NCBI GenBank assembly: GCA_964016885.1
Contig: OZ024741.1
Coordinates: 79,918,001 to 79,982,000, forward strand
Origin: Eledone cirrhosa
Taxonomy: Eukaryota
Direction of reading: 5' to 3'
DNA length: 64,000 nucleotides
The stretch's first letter is position 1. Each line of letters begins with the position of its first letter. The notes beneath the pieces were generated by a model. That model was not told the DNA's origin, ran no database searches, and was given only the letters and a program-made list of their open reading frames with translations. The position numbers and the translations under genes were made by a program. Positions 60,911-64,000 of this stretch are shown here, piece by piece.

Positions 60911-63636
60911 ATGCTGGAGAACCAGCCGTTACCCATGTCTCTCAAGTGTATCCCCTTACCCAGCAGAAAAACCTACCTTAAACTGCTTATAGACGCTACT
61001 AATTCGTTTATACGGAGAGTCAGATGGAAGGCCTACCACCTGGATAAGAACACCCGTAACCTTCCTGAACCCAAAGAGAAGTATGGCTTCAAAACATACC
61101 GAAACCCACCGCACAACACCTTACTGGACTCCTTTGAAGAGGACCTGCTGAAAATGATCAAAAACGTTAAGCTCAGAAAGAAACACCAATGCAGCAATCC
61201 ATTCTTAACATCCCTTGATACACTAATAACTAAGATCAAGAATGAGCCGCACCTCTTCGTCACCTCCGACAAAACCAAAAAGCTGTACAAGATGGACGCG
61301 AGTGAGTATAAAAAATTCATCTATAAGGAACTACACAAAGACTACAAAAAGACACCCTCTAGTACCCTAAATGACATAAATAGAGTAGGGAAGGATATAG
61401 TCACCAGCTTAGAAATAGAAAAGTACACTAACCCGTACGTCCCTCTGACGCCTAAATTCTCTCTTAAGGATCACAAATATGACTTTAATGAAAGCCCCTC
61501 TATTAGACTAATATGCCCCTCTACATCAGATATAGGTAAGATTAGTAAAATGATCCTCGACAGAGTACTACTCGAGCTTAATAGAAAGGCTAAGGTCTGC
61601 CTCTGGGGCAACACCGACCAGGTCATAAATTGGTTCACCGAGTTGCCGGATAAAGCCACCCTGAAATTCATCCAGTTTGATATAGATAGCTACTACGCCT
61701 CTATCTCCCCCATACTCTTAAATAAGGCACTTATCTTAGCTAGATCTAACACTAGCCTCACTAAAAAATAAATAAACATAATTCTAGCGGCACGTAGAAC
61801 CATTATCCAGTTCGAAGGCTCCCACTGGACCAGAACCAACCGTCCTGATAACGATGTCACGATGGGGTCCAGTGACTCAGCGCAAGCAACTGACCTGGTC
61901 GGGATATACCTCCTACATAAGCTTAGGGAAGAAATACCGGCCCTACAAGGAGGTGTATATAGGGACGACGCCCTGTTTACCGTTAGGAACCATAGCCCCC
62001 GTAGGATAGAGAACCTTAACAAACATATACACAGGTTCTTTAAGTCATACGGCCTATCCGTAACTATGGACCTCAACCACAGGGTTGTCAACTTCCTGGA
62101 CGTGACCCTGGAGTTGAGTACGGGCTTATACAAGCCATACCATAATCCTGGAGAGTGCCTCTCTTATATTAATTATGCCTCCAACCACCCTAAGCAGACT
62201 CTCAACTCCATAGTCTATAGTATCTCACATAGAATCTCGAGGCTATCCGCCAATGAGGATATCTTCAACCAAGCGGCAAATTACTACAATAGGGCCCTGA
62301 TAAGCGCCGGCTTTAACCGAGGAATTTCCTACATCCCTAACGCTAGCTCCAGAAACCACCCCCCTCATAAAACTAACGTTATAGTAAGGCATACCTATAA
62401 CCGATCACGCGGCGACCTCGTTGAAGTCAGATATAATAGAATAGATAACCGCACCAAAGATCACGTCCCCGGCGACGGTGAACACTGTAGATTACTCAAA
62501 CTATTCCCCTATTACAAAACCAACAAAGGCGACGGCCTACTACCAACGCCTTCCAACCAACATCTTTGTGTACATAAACATGGAAGAGGTAGAAAGAGTG
62601 CACCCGAGCATAAAGTGAAAGGGGCACCGAACGGGCGACTGCGCATTAACACACATAAGAGCGGTCACTTAGATGGAACCACCCGTAGCAAAAGTACAAG
62701 GACACGTAACCGCCACCGTAACGTCCTATGGTTCCACCCCCCTACTCTCGGAGTGTGGCCTCCAACATACCCCGGATGTTCTTCGAAGCCTTAGAGAAGA
62801 ACTTCCCGCCCAACCATAGGTATAGAAAAATTCTTAATAGGAACAATATAAAAATATCCTTCTCTACTACTCCTAACCTAGCAGACATCATAGGAACAAC
62901 GAACCACAGTAAGATCACCAAGACACAGCACCTCGACACAGACGCATCTACACCTGACAATAACTATATCGGCCTTAACAACTCCCTGGCAGCATCCAAT
63001 AGTGTTGGCAACGGCATCCGCAGACGCAACCAGAATGACCGCGAAATGACTGGGGAACATGCAGAACATGACGTGCGGAATAACAATCGCACCATCCCGC
63101 GTGCTGTGGGTTGTAATTGTGCTAACGGCAGCTGCGGTAGCGTAGGTAACAACGTAGGCAGCAACAATGATAGCCTTACCGTGAGAAATAGACGGAACCG
63201 CGACAGAAATTGCAACTGCCGCGACAGAGGACGCTGCCCCCTTAGAGGATACTGCTTGACTCATAGGGTTATATATAGATGCACTATTATTAGCCACAAT
63301 AGCGTTAAACATTATATAGGGGCCACCTCCGGCCCGTTCAAAATTAGGTTTCGAACACATCACTCTTTCACAAATAGAAAACTAAGGCACTCCACTTCGC
63401 TCGCGGACTACATCACATCACTAAAGGACTTAAACATCAGCTTCTCCACGCACTAGGAGATTGTCGGCAGGGCTGCACCGTACAACTTCAAGAGGAAATG
63501 CGATCTTTGCCTCATGGAGCTCTACCACATCATAACTGCACCCCACGAGCTCATCAACAGCAGAGCTGAAACAGCGATAAGTTGTACACATCGCTTAAAA
63601 ATATCCTTCTTCAGATGGGTTAAGAATGAAGAGTGA
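60911..63636 (+). pseudogene. PLE RT, zinc finger and GIY-YIG ORF with TAA (61769), a frameshift (~62740) and TAG (63454)
   Basis: SDKT, KDHK, RLI.P, FDIDSYY, MGS, YRDD, NFLDVT, SNHP, WFHPP, CNCRDRGRCPLRGYC, VIYRC..HYIG, CDLCLME. Confidence 0.93.
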
Positions 63637-63930
63637 AATAGTACACTGGATCTCCCTGCAACAAGTCTTAACACCCCGGCGGGCAGGCGCTACAAAATAA
63701 CACCCAGAAAACAATCCTTGCATACCAGACCCAGCCTCAGACAAACGGATGCGGCAAAAAAAAAAAAAAAAAAATTGTCCGGGAAAGACTGCCCTAATAC
63801 CGGCCAGAGTTACCTCCCTTGACCTGCTGCAAAATCAAAACAAGATATTTTTGCGAGCAATGAACCTTGATGTGGATTTAACCCCAAAAACTCTTTCCGA
63901 GCAATATAAGGAACACTTGTGATTATTTAT

Positions 63931-63970
63931 GCCCTTGAGAAGCCCAACTGGGCGAAACGTACGTAGGTGA
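63931..63970 (+). ncRNA. Minimal hammerhead-like motif with a U3-A8 core (inverted copy 60615-60654)
   Basis: gccc-TTGAGAA-gccc-aact-gggc-GAAAC-gtac-GTA-ggtg; stem I is weak. Confidence 0.6.
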
Positions 63971-64000
63971 TATTTTAAATAAACATGTTTTAACGGTCTA

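Larger units (their letters stand above)
60560..64000 (+). mobile_element. Near full-length Penelope-like element A with inverted pseudo-LTRs (60585-60835 vs 63749-64000; runs off the window)
   Basis: RT then C-terminal GIY-YIG, flanked by a ~250-bp near-perfect inverted repeat, adjacent to (TA)n. Confidence 0.93.

Noticed and set aside
61769-63456. Possible stop-codon recoding in PLE A
   Set aside because: The stops are TAA and TAG at non-Cys positions (probably Glu and Trp), and all zinc-finger Cys are normal codons; ordinary decay

Overview
AT-rich eukaryotic DNA made almost entirely of transposable elements and microsatellites. I found no host protein-coding gene. The SINE families and dense (TG)n/(TA)n/(TATG)n repeats suggest a cephalopod (Octopus-like) genome, which is an inference. 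Main elements: a full-length Ty3/Gypsy LTR retrotransposon (953-6359) inserted into a SINE; two copies of a defective hAT transposon (6500-8769, 24050-26409); a head-to-tail array of Tx1/L1-clade LINEs (38975-51172), one with an intact 1139-aa ORF2; three Penelope-like elements (PLEs) with inverted pseudo-LTRs; relics of RTE, CRE and R4-like LINEs; MITEs; SINEs; and a polarity-switching AT-rich minisatellite. The most notable signals are RNA-level. Four unrelated hammerhead ribozyme motifs occur: one in a 427-bp retrozyme-like tandem unit, two with a U3-A8 core variant, and one with a 62-nt structured stem II. One PLE fragment also has in-frame UGA codons at two conserved zinc-finger cysteines (possible selenocysteine recoding). 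All alignments and folds were read by eye, and boundaries of old relics are approximate.
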